From Camelus dromedarius (Eukaryota): a stretch of 64,000 nucleotides of DNA. This document shows, piece after piece, positions 24,597-37,775 of this stretch (position 1 is its first letter; each line of letters opens with the position of its first letter). The DNA is taken from positions 77,440,001-77,504,000 of the forward strand of contig NC_087436.1 of the NCBI RefSeq assembly GCF_036321535.1. The letters are read 5' to 3'. Both the position numbers and the translations under genes were made by a program. Below the pieces are notes generated by a model. That model ran no database searches, had not been told where the DNA came from, and saw only the letters and a list, made by a program, of their open reading frames with translations.

Positions 24597-25690
24597 CTAG
24601 TTCAATGGAAAATGCCACTGGTATCTTGATAGGGATTGCATTGAATCTGTAGATTGCTTTGGGTAGTATGGTCATTTTAACAATATTCTTCCAATCCAAG
24701 AATACAGAATATCTTCCCTTCTGTTTGTATCATCTTTAATTTCTTTTATCAGTGTCTTACAGTTTTCTGAGTACAGGTCTTTTGCCTCCTTGGCAGGTTA
24801 ATTCTTAGGTATTTTATTCTTTTTGATGTGATGGTAAATGGGATTGTTTCCTTAATTTCTCTTTCTGGTAGTTTGTTTTTAGCATGTAGAAATGCAATAG
24901 ATTTCTTTTTTATTTTTTTTAAGATTTTTTTATTGAGTTATAGTCAATGTGTCAAATTTTACAATGTGTCAAATTCCAGTGTAGAGCACAATTTTTCAGT
25001 TGTTCCTGAACATACATATATTCATTGTCACATTTTTTTGACTATGAGCTACCACAAGATCTTGTATATATTTCCCTGTGCTATACAGTATAATCTTGTT
25101 TATCTATTTCTGTATACCAATTTTGTATCCTGTAACTTTACCAAATTCATTCATAAGCTCTAGTAGTTTTCTGGTGGCATCTTTAGGATTTTCTATGTAT
25201 AATATCATATCATCTGCAGACAGTGACAGTTTTACTTCTTTCTTTCCAATTTGGATCCATTTTATTTCTTTTTCTTCTCTGATTGCTGTGGCTAGGACTT
25301 CCAAAACTATGTTGAATAAAAGTGGCGAGAGTGAGCATCCTTGAACTTAGAGGAAATGCTTTCTGCTTTTCACCATTGAGTATGATGTTACCTGTGGGTT
25401 TGTCATATATGGCCTTTATTATGTTGAGGTGTGTTCCCTCTAAGCCCACTTTCTAGAGAGTTTTTATCATAAATGAATGATGAATTTTGTCAAAATCATT
25501 TTCTGCATTTATTAAAATGATCATGAGTTTTATTCTCCAATTTGTTGATGTGGTGTATCATATTGATTGATTTGTAGATATTGAAAAATCCTTGTATCCC
25601 TGGGGTAAATCCCACTTGATTATGGTGCATGATCCTTTCAATATATTTTTAGATTCAGTTTGCTAATGTTGTTGAGGATTTTTGCATCTA
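24597..25690 (-). mobile_element. L1 ORF2, inverted 5' segment of a twin-primed insertion
   Basis: Minus-strand ORF2 peptides ([45 protein letters not shown]). Confidence 0.9.
24907..25108 (-). mobile_element. short young camelid L1 3' end nested in an older L1
   Basis: Poly(T) followed by the reverse complement of the 3'UTR seen at ~39670-39850; flanked by atttct at 24901-24906 and 25106-25111. Confidence 0.85.
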
Positions 25691-26733
25691 GAACAAATAA
25701 TTATAAAATTTATATGGAAACACAAAAGACCCCAAGTAGACAAAAAATCTTGAGGAAGAACAAAGGTGGAGGAATCACACACCCTTACTTTAAACTATAC
25801 TACAAAGCTGCAGTACAACCAAAACAGTATAAACAAAAATAAACACATAGGTCAATGAAAGAGAATAGAAAGCCCAGAAATAAACCTATGCACTTATGGT
25901 CAGTTAATCTACAGAAGGAGGCAAGAATATACAATGGAGAAAAGGCAGTCTCTTCAGTAAGTGATACTGGGAAAACTGGACTGATACATGTAAAAGAATG
26001 AAATTAGAATATTCTCTAACATTAAATACAAAAATAAACTCCAAATGGACTAAAGACCTAAATGTAAGACCAGAAACCATAAAACTCCTAGAGGAAAACA
26101 TAGGCAGAACATTAATTGACATAACTCATAGCAATATGTTTTGGATCTATCTCCTAAAACAAAGGAAATAAAAGCAAAAATAAACAAATGGGACCTAATT
26201 AAAGTTAAAAGCTTTTGTCCAGCAAAGGAAACCATCAACAAAAAGAAATAACAACCTACTGAATGGGAGAAAATATTTGCAAGTGATATGACCAATAGGG
26301 GTTAATATACAACCTATATAAACAGCTCATACAACTCAACATCAAAAAAACAAACAATTTGATCTTTAAAATGGCAGAAGAACTAAATAGACATTTTTCC
26401 AAAGAGGAAATGCAGATGGCCAACAGGCACATGGAAAGATGCTCATCTCTAATCATGGAAATGCAAATCAAAACCACAATGAGATATCACCTCACACCTG
26501 TCAGAATGGCCATCATCAAAAAGAACACAAATAGCAAATGTTGGCGAAGATGCGGAAGAAGGGAACCCTCATACACTGTTGGTGGGAATGTAAATTGGTG
26601 CAGCCGCTATGGAAAACAGTATGGAGGTTTTTCAAAAAAACTAAAAATACAACTACCATATGACCTAGGAATTCTACTCCTGGGTATATATCCAAAACAA
26701 AAAACAAAAACACTAATTCAAAAAGATACATGC
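25688..26733 (+). mobile_element. L1 ORF2, forward 3' segment of a twin-primed insertion (3' end missing)
   Basis: Plus-strand ORF2 peptides ([46 protein letters not shown]). Confidence 0.9.
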
Positions 26734-28984
26734 GTAAAATTGAAGTGAATGATAAGAATTACCCTATTTTTTAAATTAGCAAGCTGAGATGGAGAGATTG
26801 TTTTCACTAGTACTTATAAAAGGGGAAAAAAGAGCTAAGATTAGAGGTCGCAAATATTTTACCTGCAATTTTCTTTGTGGTTCTTTAAATTCCATTGTAA
26901 CCAGGTTATTGACTTTTTAGCGTATTTTTAGCATATTGACTGCATGTGTTGCCTTAACATTAGAGAAAATTAGCAGACTCTCATCTGCTGATTTTTTTTT
27001 AGGTATGTGGACACTTCTGTCTGTCTCAAATGCACAAATTCATCAAAATCTATTTATATTCCTCTCTTCCAATGAGCCTATCTTGATTATCCCAGCCCAC
27101 AGTGATATGATTCTTCTGAAAATTTAAACTGCTTCTTTCGTATATTGTTCATTTGATGCACATGAGCTGCCTTGAATTATTCAATACTTTTTAGATGGAT
27201 AAGCATTTTCTTCCAAATTAGTTGTGAACTGCATGGTAGCAAATGTTACACATTATGTTTCTTCATATTCCTCTTATGCTTATACTGTTCTGCCCATTGT
27301 AGGTAATTAAGTCATTTGTTAATTGGTCAGCAGTATCACATCCCCATCCTCATCATCAGCATCATCAGTAGCATTTACTGAGAAAATGACAAGTCCTTCT
27401 CTAGAATAGCAAAGAATGTCCTCAAAAATGCTTAACACATATTTTTCTTGCATCATACAAAGGAAAGGAAATATTCTCTCTTGTACTGATGAATTCATGG
27501 GCCAGCAGGAGCACAAAAAGGCAGTGTGATCTAATGAAAATTTTAAGGGATTAAAGAAATCAGAGATCTTCTTCCTACTCCTTCAGGCTTCACTAGCAGG
27601 CTAACCCTAGGCAGCCCAGGGTTATCTTGGTCATTGCTCTATTTCTTCATCCTGCAAAATTGCCACTATGGCAGTTTCTTTCCTATATATACCACCAGGC
27701 TATACTGTGGGTATATTGAAAAAATAGAAAGAAGATAATCCACTTGAAAAGGTAAATTCCTCATTAAAAACCAAATTCTTGTTCACTGTCATCTTAAAAT
27801 CACGTTCTCAGATAGGAATTTCCAAGGGGATAAATGGTTTTTTAAAAGACATTCTCTGTGGAATTCCTGTTTAAACAATCCCCTGAACGTGCTTCAAAGG
27901 TAATAAAGGCCCATGCTCTGCTTTGTGGAGCCACACTAGAGTGATTTACTTGCCTTCCTGGCTTATGAGATCTTGAATTGAAGTTCCTGAGAAACATCCA
28001 AGAAATGATCGAGGTCCCAGCAAGGAAAACCCAAGCCCACGCTGAAACCTAATTTATCTGAACTGTTACTGTTGTCCCCACTCTAGAGATTGTACTCACT
28101 CTACAGATTGCAAAACTGTCTCACATGAGTAGCAGATAACTTAATTTTTGTGCAAGTCATTATGCAAAGACATTGTTTTTAGATGCTTAACTCAGAAAAA
28201 TTGAAAAAGCTCATCTATTAATCTATTTGCTTTGCTGGTGTTAATAAGTATATTTTTATGAAAACAATGAATTTGCCGTTTCATATTGGAGTGGTCCACA
28301 TTCAAATTAGTATTTCTTATAATCAAAATATATGACTTGAGCTAGATGGTATATGTTATGTTCTAATCTTCATTAATTAATAAGAAATAGCATCAACTAT
28401 TTCTGTGGCTATGTCTAGCAAAAAATGTTTGCTATTTTGATGGGCTTAAAATGCCTAAACAAATCATACAGGCAGAAAGGGCTTAGATGACTTGATATTT
28501 TAAATTGACGTCAATATAAGTAGACAAGTTGGTGTTTTGTCTTAAAGGTAAATGCTATTGGGTTATTTTGGCATAATTATCATGGTTAAGAACAAAAGTA
28601 TTTTAAATGGGCAGATAACAAAGATAAACACACATTTATTATTTTTTTAATCTCAAGATCACAATTTTATATTTGCACATTACCCTTAAACCACATCCTG
28701 CATGTTTTGAATTTCAGAGAGTTTAGGATTAAGGGCCGTTCTTTTTATCTAATGCTTATTCTCAGAGTTTGTTTTGATTTTTTTTTTCCTAGCATGATAC
28801 ATAAGAGTTTTAAGTTCTTTAAAGATCCTCTGGACTTATGAGCAAAGGAAGAGGAGGATCAAGATGATCTTATTTTTATTTAATATTTATTAAGCACACA
28901 AGTTATTCCAGAATTTTTGGAACACTAAGCTAAAATAGCCTCAAAAAATGTCTTTGCCTCTTAGATTTTTAGATTCAGATGTCT

Positions 28985-29140
28985 AATCATTCCTGTTACT
29001 TTCCTTTTACACGTGAGGAAAGTGAGTCACAAAGAGTTTAAGTTACTCATGTATGGCTGCATAGCTAACTAGTGGCAGAACTGCGAGTAGACCCTGATGT
29101 TTTCACTCCTGCCCAGTCTAGACTCTTTCTACTGTCCCAA
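28985..29140 (-). mobile_element. MIR SINE
   Basis: ccttttacacgtgaggaaagtgagtcacaaagagtttaagttactc...atagctaactagtggcagaactg. Confidence 0.7.
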
Positions 29141-30469
29141 ACTGCCACTCGTGACAAATAAATGTTTCCAAGAAGGATAAATATGTACAAATACATTAGA
29201 ACGTAGGGAGATTAAGGACAAAGGTGGTGTCTTGGTCATCGTGCGCCTAGCACACAGTAACAGTAAACAGTTTATAAACACACATTGAATAATTGAGCTG
29301 CTGACCGATGCTCATTTTGCTCTGACATTGGAGTCAGTGCATCATCTTTGACTGAGGTAAGCATCTTAATTGGTGCCTGGCTGTTCAGTTAGCCTCAATT
29401 TTGTGGTCTCACTGGCAATAAAGGTCACAAACTCTTCCTGCCTAGAGGGAAATAATCTCTATAGCACTGGTCTTGAAGCTCTTAATGCTCAAAATGATCA
29501 TACAAAGGTCCCTGTGCAAATAGCATTTTACAAACCCCAAGTTGATGTTCCAACACAGTCCCTGACTGTCCTGTTCTGTAGCCCAGATGAACAGACAAGT
29601 CCACACAGGTTCAGATATTTCTATCACAATATACCCCTTAAACAAGATTTTTAGAAACCAAGTAAATAATTAAAATATTACAAAATTAAGCCAGGTCATG
29701 TAAGTTATATCTAAGGTAGAATTACACTCATATTTCAGTCTAAATCCAAAAAATATGTATTTGATCCCTGCACAACTAGAACGTGTGTGAGAACAACCTT
29801 CCCCAATAGGATGCTAAGATAATAATCGAGGCAAATGGGCACCCTCTTTTAAAATGATGCTTTTGTTCCAAATCCCGTGATGAACTAAACTAAATCACAT
29901 GAAGGATGCCTTTTGGTCTGAATTAGATTTTGTCCTAAGTGACCCAAGACACTTGAAATAGATTGAGAGGAACTTCGTGTCTCCTTTTCACCCAACCCCT
30001 CTCCTATAAATCTTTGTTTACCAGTCTAACAAGAAAGTGTTGGCAAGAAAACAAGCCAGAATTTCTTTCTAAAGCCAAGAGGAAACTAGCTAATCTATTC
30101 GGCCCAGTCTTTCTCAGTGTGTGAGCAAGGAAAAGAGACTGCATGCCCCTAGCTCCTCTGCTAGACGCACATCCTGGAGCCGGACTCATCCCTTCTCCTT
30201 GGGGGTGCTATGAGGGAGATGATCGCTGGGGGTGGGAGAGCTGGTGAACTTTGGCTGGATCTTCCTCTAGACAGAAAAAACAAATTACACATAGAAAAGA
30301 AGAGGCTGCAGCCTGTTGGGCAATACCCACGGGTTCCTGAGTTCTAATCCCAGCTCTACCACCGCTTATATGAGTGAGCTTGGCCAAGTTATTAACCAGT
30401 TCCACCCTAGACACTGGGGAAGGGTTGCCACCTCTTAACTTTTTCACATCACTGTCAGGGTGGTAGAGG

Positions 30470-30740
30470 GGCAATAGAGTGTAATGGTGAAGAAAATGGG
30501 CTCAGGAATCAGACAAACTTGGTTTCCAATTCCAGCTCTGTCACATCGAGCTATAACCTGGGGAAACTACCTCTCTCAAGCCCCACTTTCCTAATCTGTA
30601 AAGTGTACTTGTTTAGTAAGTTCGCTGTGAGTACTGGATGAAATAGTGCATGTGAAGTGTTTAGCACAGTTCATGGCCCAGTCTGCACAGTGCATGACCC
30701 AGTCTGATTGTCCGGTAAATTTTGAATTTGATAACAATAG
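30470..30740 (+). mobile_element. MIR SINE (second MIR head fragment at ~30330-30400)
   Basis: gtgtaatggtgaagaaaatgggctcaggaatcagacaaacttggtttccaattccagctctgtcac...tttcctaatctgtaaagtg...gcatgtgaagtgtttagcacag. Confidence 0.75.
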
Positions 30741-31269
30741 CCGAGGCTTGGGTGTGCGCTTAGTGTGGGAAGAGGAGGCCTTTCAGCCACCTGCAATCTA
30801 AGACTCAGGGTCACCTCGGGCACCTAAATAACAGTTGCTCCTTCACATAATTCAGCCTAGGGCCTTAGGCTATGACACCGGGTATCGCCAACAAAACCTC
30901 CGAATAATCATGAATGTTTATTCGCTTGAAGTTTTCATTTCCTTCAGGCTCTTTGCAGGTGTGGGTAAGAGGATGGGATTTAAGGGTCTGGGGTATTGTT
31001 GCTATATCCAGTCTCACTACCTTTTCTTCAACCCTAATGTAGGTTAAATTTCCGTTTACTGCCTAAAACATGACTAAATAGAATTTATGTCTGCTCTGCT
31101 CATATTGGTTGCAGCAGCCCTCTAGCCCTGAAGGTTAAGGCAAAGTCCTACACAATTCAGTGGTCCTTTCTGTGCTCTCCTCCATTTTTTGCACAGCACC
31201 ATCTGCTCAAGCTTCATACGTTCTTCTCTGGGGGACCTTTCAAATTCTTCAGTGATGTCTTTAAATTAA

Positions 31270-31838
31270 AACTCACAGTAACTTTGTTGCGTGAAACTCC
31301 TCAGTGACTTCCTATTGCCTTTAAATCAAATTGAAAGTCATTCTTAGAGCCCACTTAGCCTACAGAATTTAGGTCCTTCTTAATCCCCAAATGTATCTCA
31401 TGTCATCCCTTCCCTGCCCGCTTCTCCATTCTCACTATAATCCAGACACAATGACCTTTCTATCTTTTGAACAAGCCAGGTGATTTCCTGTAAGAGGGCC
31501 ACTGCACTTGCTGCTCCTTCTGCCTGGAATGTTATTCCCCAGCATCTTCACATGGCTTTCTCATTGTTCAAGTTTCAATTAAAACATGTCCTTCTCAGAA
31601 AGGATTGTTTCAACCTCCCTATCTTAAGTATCTATGTCCTTTCCAATTAACATCAACTTCATTGTTCTCACAGCGCAATTTCTCTACCTGCAGTTATTTG
31701 TTTACATATTTATGACTCTTCTTTCCCTACTGAAAAGTGATGCACTGAGAGCAGGGACTTTATTTATTATCACTGTCTGGAGCAATGATTTGCTCATGGA
31801 CTCTCGATAAACATTCACTAAATGTGAGAATGAATGGT
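31270..31838 (+). mobile_element. L2 (L2a/b-like) 3' end
   Basis: actgcacttgctgctccttctgcctggaatgttattcccc...tccttctcagaaagg...tgagagcagggacttt...taaatgtgagaatgaatg. Confidence 0.8.
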
Positions 31839-34234
31839 CTGAAATCTTCCTTTAATAGTAGGCTGGTCTCCACCAACTCCCCTTTCTGTATCTCTGAAAT
31901 GTATTCAGCATTGAATAATAATGTCTAGGACTTTGCTACTTTTATAACTTATCTTTTACATAATCCCTTTTACACTCCATATGGTCACCCTGAATTTCAC
32001 ATTCCAGGTAATGCTACCATCTCCCCTTACTGATTGCTTACTGATTGCTGGGAGGGGCACTATCATCTCTCCTTGGGGGGTTGAAGAGGGAGAGGTGGGA
32101 CACTTACTAAAGCCTTGGATAGGCTCTGGTTTGCTCCAGAAGGTACTCACTTCCAGGCAGCATTGCTTGGAAGTATCTTTTAGATCATTCACAATCTTGT
32201 ATAGAAGGAGAAATATGGCAGTTTGAGTTTTCACAATCCCACTGTGTCCTAATTTTTACATAGGGTTGAAGATATCTTCCTAGAGAATGTGTTCATTGTT
32301 ATAGCAACAATTTACAACTAATTGGAGACATTCTTCCATGCTTGCTGGAATGTAGTCTGGTATATAGGAGAGAGCAAAGACTTGAGTTAGTAAACCTTCA
32401 TTCAAAGCTCCAGCTTGGCAAATAAGTAGCTGTGAGTCCTTTGGCAAAATATTTAATATTTTTCTTATGTGATTAAAAGATGGAAACAGAAATGCCTGAC
32501 TTACTTAATAGAAATATAGGCAAAGCCCCTGTCACATAGAGGATTATCAATAAATGGTGACTGTTACACTTCTCACCATCAAAGCATGCAGATGACTTAT
32601 GCTCATTTTGAGGTTAACATTTGGAAAGTGGGTAGAAGAAAGGTATTTTTATTTTCTCTTTTGTTCATTTTTGCATCTAATCAATAAATATTATTATATG
32701 TCTTCTCCGTGCTGGACATGAGGCTTGACTGTGGAGGAGCCAAAATACATGACAGCATCCCTGGTCACAAGCAACTTACAGTCTAATATGGGACAAAGCA
32801 GTCAAGAGACCAATAAGATACAGTTTAGAGAAAAGCTAAGAAATGGGATCTGCGGGGACACTGCACAGGGGTGAGAAGATTCATCCACAAAGTCCTCCAA
32901 AAAAATGAGTTCTAAGAATAAGAGAAATACCCAGATGGTAAAGAAGTTCATTCCAGATTTCTGTGTAGTGAAGTCGTCTGTCTTCTTCATTAGACTGTGA
33001 ACTCCATGAGGTCAAGGTCTTATTTTGTTCAATATTGTGTCTTCAGCACCTAAGACAGCACGCAGTACTGTCTCTCATTAAGTCTCTCATTAAGTATATG
33101 TGAATGAGCCCCTCTAAAGCATAGTATGATTTACCCTATTCAGAAGGCTATATTAAAAGATACTGATGAGTTTTTTTAACACAGAGTTGTAGAGAGACAA
33201 TGAAAAGACTTTCTGAAGTTGACAGAATCCAGTCTATAATGAGAATGATAAATAATTTACTTCACATTCATAGTCAATGAATTTTAAAGCCTCACTATAT
33301 AGTAAGTTCAGAGATCAATTTATAGTTTCTCCTCAGTAAGGAAGTGGTTTTAATCCATAATGTCTTCTTAATTGATGAAACTCTATTCTGGCTTTGTCAT
33401 ATCCTCACTGTCAGGATGCTGTTATCCCACTGAGATGACTACATTCTGTCAGCCTCTCCTATTTCTCATTTCTTAGTCTTTGATTGCGTCTGAAGCCCTT
33501 TGGTCCAAACCAATACACCCTGCAAAATGCTAAATGCTTAGTGGTTTGCTAAAGAGAATCCCCATTCAATGTTGTCATTTTTCTGTTAGGTTCAAGATTG
33601 TCTCTTATTCTCCTAAGCAATTGTATTTCCCCTGCAAGATGGATGTTCCATCCATGTTGATGGTGGAAAGGAAATAAAAATCCCTTTGTTCATAAGAATC
33701 ACCTTGTTTTTGGAATCTGAACTGAAAGCAGAACCTCCCTTTCTGCCTTCTACCCCGACAAGCATAGCATAGGCTTCACAGTAAAATGTTTGGGTACAAA
33801 CCCCAGCATTATCACCAACTATTCCTCGTACCTTTGTTTAGTTGCTTCAGAGCCTCTTCCGTTCTTCTCTCCACCTTACTTTCTACCTAGAGTAGAGAAG
33901 GGATTCTGCTTCTGTGGGAGTACATGCATGGTATCTGGGTTCTAGCCCCAGCTGGGTTTGGCCAGTGTGAGGCTCCTCCTTCTGTGAGATTACCTGCAGC
34001 TATCTCTGTCGCTTGACATCAAGTATCTGCTCTTCTCCAGGCTGCTCTCAGTCTGTAATCCCTCTCTCCCTTTGGGTTCTGATTAATTCTCCCACTTGAG
34101 GGTGAGGAAAAGCCAGTGGCAGGAATGGTTTCAATACTCATAGCCCTGGCTTCATGCAGTGTCCTAAGCGGTGTCCCTACACACCATCTGTTAATCCCTG
34201 TGTAAATAAATAAACGTTGCCATTGTTGCCTGTT

Positions 34235-34428
34235 GGAATTCTGAGTGACACACTAACCATACGAGCCTTGGCCTTAGCACCTCCTCTTGCTTTAGTTTTC
34301 TTATCTATAAAATAGGATTAATAATAGCACCTACATTGTGGGCCTTGTGTTAGGATTAAATGAGACAAAATTTGGCACATAGTAAACACTCTCCAAAAAT
34401 TAGCTCTTAGCACTATTATTATTTTGTT
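34235..34428 (+). mobile_element. MIR SINE
   Basis: ctttagttttcttatctataaaataggattaataatagcacctac...taggattaaatgaga...tggcacatagtaaacactc. Confidence 0.75.
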
Positions 34429-36145
34429 GCCTGGTGACACTTACTGTGAAGCATGATTAAATAAATAGCACCCTGACAAATTATCTTGTTAAACTTTGTT
34501 TAATCACCTCAAATCCAAAACCATGTTGGTTATACACCTTCTTTGAACCAAGATCCAGGGGAAATATTAAGCATACAAAGTTAAATAAAGATACAGTCTC
34601 CAGCCTGCATGGACCTCAAACACTACAATATAAAGTAGGAAGTGCAAAAAGAAAAGTATTTTAAAAACTGTTATGGGAGCTCTGGTGACAAGCAGAGGAA
34701 ATGCCCAGGATTCTTCTATTTTCAGAGAGAAAATCATTGAATGTGAGAAAAAAAAGGTATTATTGAAAGTCTGAGGAAAGAAGATATGAAAAAAATTGGG
34801 AGTGTGGTGTGGAAGAGAGGAAGAACTTATCATAGACAATTATGCAAGTGCTGTGGGTCCAAAGGAGTTTATGGTCATTAATATTTATGAGACCAGTCAT
34901 TATAGTTTTATTTTTCTCTAGCCAAACTCAGTCATTGCTATGCAAAAACAATAAAAGGAAAGTTGGGTTGAAACAGTATTTCAGTTTTTTCAATGAGCAT
35001 AACAGGATGTGTGCAAGGAATTTGAAGGGCTATGCGGTGAGCAGTTATGATACTGCACCATGGAATCTTAGCTTGATAGGAGGAAAGTGAGTACATAAAG
35101 AGGGTAATAAACAGTGAAACGTAGTGGTTTAATGAATTAGCAGCTCTAAAGGATTTTTGAACTGGGGCTTCCAATGTATGTGAGCTAGAAAGATAGGAGA
35201 TGAATGTCAGAGAGCAGTATGTTTGGAAACAAGACTTTGAGGATCATGTGTTTAAAGAAAGAGTAGACATTCACTGCAGAAAATTTAGAAAATATGCTAT
35301 AGGAAAACATGTATACTACATGCATACACATTTGTGTGTATGGGTGTGTTTCTGAAGTTATTACTTTCCATTATCCACCTATCACTGTACCAATGACATC
35401 AGATGTGATTATTATTTAATAATTATAACTTGATATCTAAATGCAAGTTTTGCTGTTTAGCCTTCCTTTTCAAAATTATTTCAGATAGTCTTAGCCGCTG
35501 TCATCAAAGCAAAATTTTAAGTAATCAAAAGTACCCCATTGGTAATTTGCCTAAAATTTTAATACACTTATTTTATAATAATAAATTTCCTTCAGCAATA
35601 TAGCCTCTTCGTTTACTTTTTATGTTATTTTAGAAAAATTTTTCATAAAAAAATGTTTGGAGGAATGTTATAATTTTTAAAAAGCATAATGCAAGTAAAG
35701 ATTGCATGCAAAGTAGCTAGTAGATTATTTATTGCTGAGTAAAACCAATCAATTTTTGTACAGATATTTTGTATTGGATCAACTTACTGAGCTATCTTAG
35801 AAATTTTTCAGCTAGCTATCTTGGATTTTCTAAGTAAACTATCAGTTTATATGTAAAATATGATTTTTTTTCTCCTTTCCAGTATTTCAGCATATATATT
35901 ACTTTTAATATTATTTTCATTTACTAAGGTTTCCAAAACATTTTGGGTAACAGTGAGATCAGACATTCTTAAGTTATTCTTATCCTCACTGGTGATGCAA
36001 AAAAGAACCTTGTCAAATACGGATATTTTTGTAAACTGAGAGAGAAAAAAATAATAAAGTCAATGATTCCCTTCAGAAATCAAATTGAATCTCCAACTGT
36101 CAAAAAGTGAGCAAAACTCTTATGTTATTTATAGTAAACCCTTAA

Positions 36146-36361
36146 CAGATTGCAAAAAAAAATGGCCACCATTCTCCACTTTGTCCTTTATCCGTGCAGT
36201 GATATCCATCCATCCTTTGCAATGATACTTTGCAACTCCTCTCATCAAGAGAAGAAGTCACTCTGCCTGCCTCTTGAATCTGAGCTAGCCTCTGACCTGC
36301 TCTGGGCAACATTATGTGGAAGTAAAACTCTGCTGGTTCTGAAAATAAGCCTCTAACAGGG
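36146..36361 (+). mobile_element. MaLR LTR 5' part, MLT1H-like
   Basis: agattgcaaaa..atggccacc...cctttgcaatgatactttgcaactcctctcatcaagag...cttgaatctgagctagcc. Confidence 0.75.
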
Positions 36362-37502
36362 AGGACGAAAAGCTGTCTTCAACATAACCCTGAGAATTGT
36401 GTGACTAGTGAAAAGATATTTTTAAGTGGCACTGAATAAGAAAATAATTTCAAAATAATTATCAGCATTACAATTTTCAGAAAATAACTTGTTTCAGAGA
36501 AATTTATAGTGACAGACTTTGGAAATGTTAGAAAACAATTGTTTGTCAGAACTTAGACTCCATTTGCAAAATGGTTTCTTTTCCAAAACAAAAGAAGATT
36601 CCCTAAAACTAATGATTCATAAAAGCATTCCAGAGTCTTAAAATTCTAAGAGATAAAATTTTTTTCTTCATTTGTCTTTATCAGGGGGCATGCTGACAGT
36701 CTCAGGGGGGATTACAAGAACTTAGCTTGTCTGACGGCTCTCAGACCCTGAAATGGATGTTTCTGTTTTTGTGCAGCCACATACTGCTTAGCATGCTTTT
36801 TTTAAAACTGCCTTTGGCTTCACTGTTGAAAAAGTCCCGTTTCGATGTATCAGGTTTATGTCTCCTCATTAGGGCTTGGCAAGAAAAATCAGGCAACACA
36901 TGTACTCAACTCATAACAAGTTTATGAATTTGTATTTTTATCCACTTCTGGGAAAAGACAAGCAGTCAAAGATCCAAATGATATATTAATGGTCTAAATT
37001 GTACTTTAATTCATCTTTTCCCAACACATCAGACATAATGAGGACCTAAGCATTCCAGAAGTCTTTTCAACTAACACTGGTTCACACTTGAGGTCACAGA
37101 CCATCTCAGTAAAGTCTCAACTGCCACATGCTCCTTGGTGTCTGAGCCCCCACTTCAGTATCAGGAATACTTGTATCTTGATATTTATCAATAGCTTGTC
37201 CTTCTGTTTTTCATTGTTGTTGTTTACTTAAACAAAAATTTGTGTTTTCTGCTTAGGTTGCAAATAAATATAGACCATTATTCATGGTTGCAAATGAATA
37301 TCATTTGATTTAATGATATACTTGTGTTGGTGAAACCTTGACTTTTTTTCTAGAAAGGATTCAAGGGTTTTATATAAGGACAATGAGCATTTCGGAATTT
37401 TTCCTTTTATAAACATAACATCATCATTTAAAAGAGCCCTTAGATATAAAGTATAGTTTTCATGTGTCTTTTGGGAAATTAACTGTGATTAAAAAGTTAT
37501 TA

Positions 37503-37775
37503 GAATCATATATTATATGATTCTATTTATATGAATAAAAATAGAAAAGGAAAATCTATAGAAATACAAAGTAGGTTAGTGGTTGCCTGGGGCTGGGGGT
37601 GGGAACAGGGGTGACTGAAAATGGGCACAAGGGATGTTTAGGGGGGTAATAAAAATATTCTAAAATTAAATTATGTTACACAGCTCTACAAATTTACTAA
37701 AAGTCATTGAATTGTACACTTAAAACTTTAGGATGAATTTTATGTTATGTAAACTATACCTCAATAAACCTGTCT
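37503..37775 (+). mobile_element. old L1 3'UTR (L1MB/L1ME-like)
   Basis: tatgattctatttatatgaa...aaagtaggttagtggttgcctggggctggggg...gaattgtacacttaaaa...tatacctcaataaa. Confidence 0.8.
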
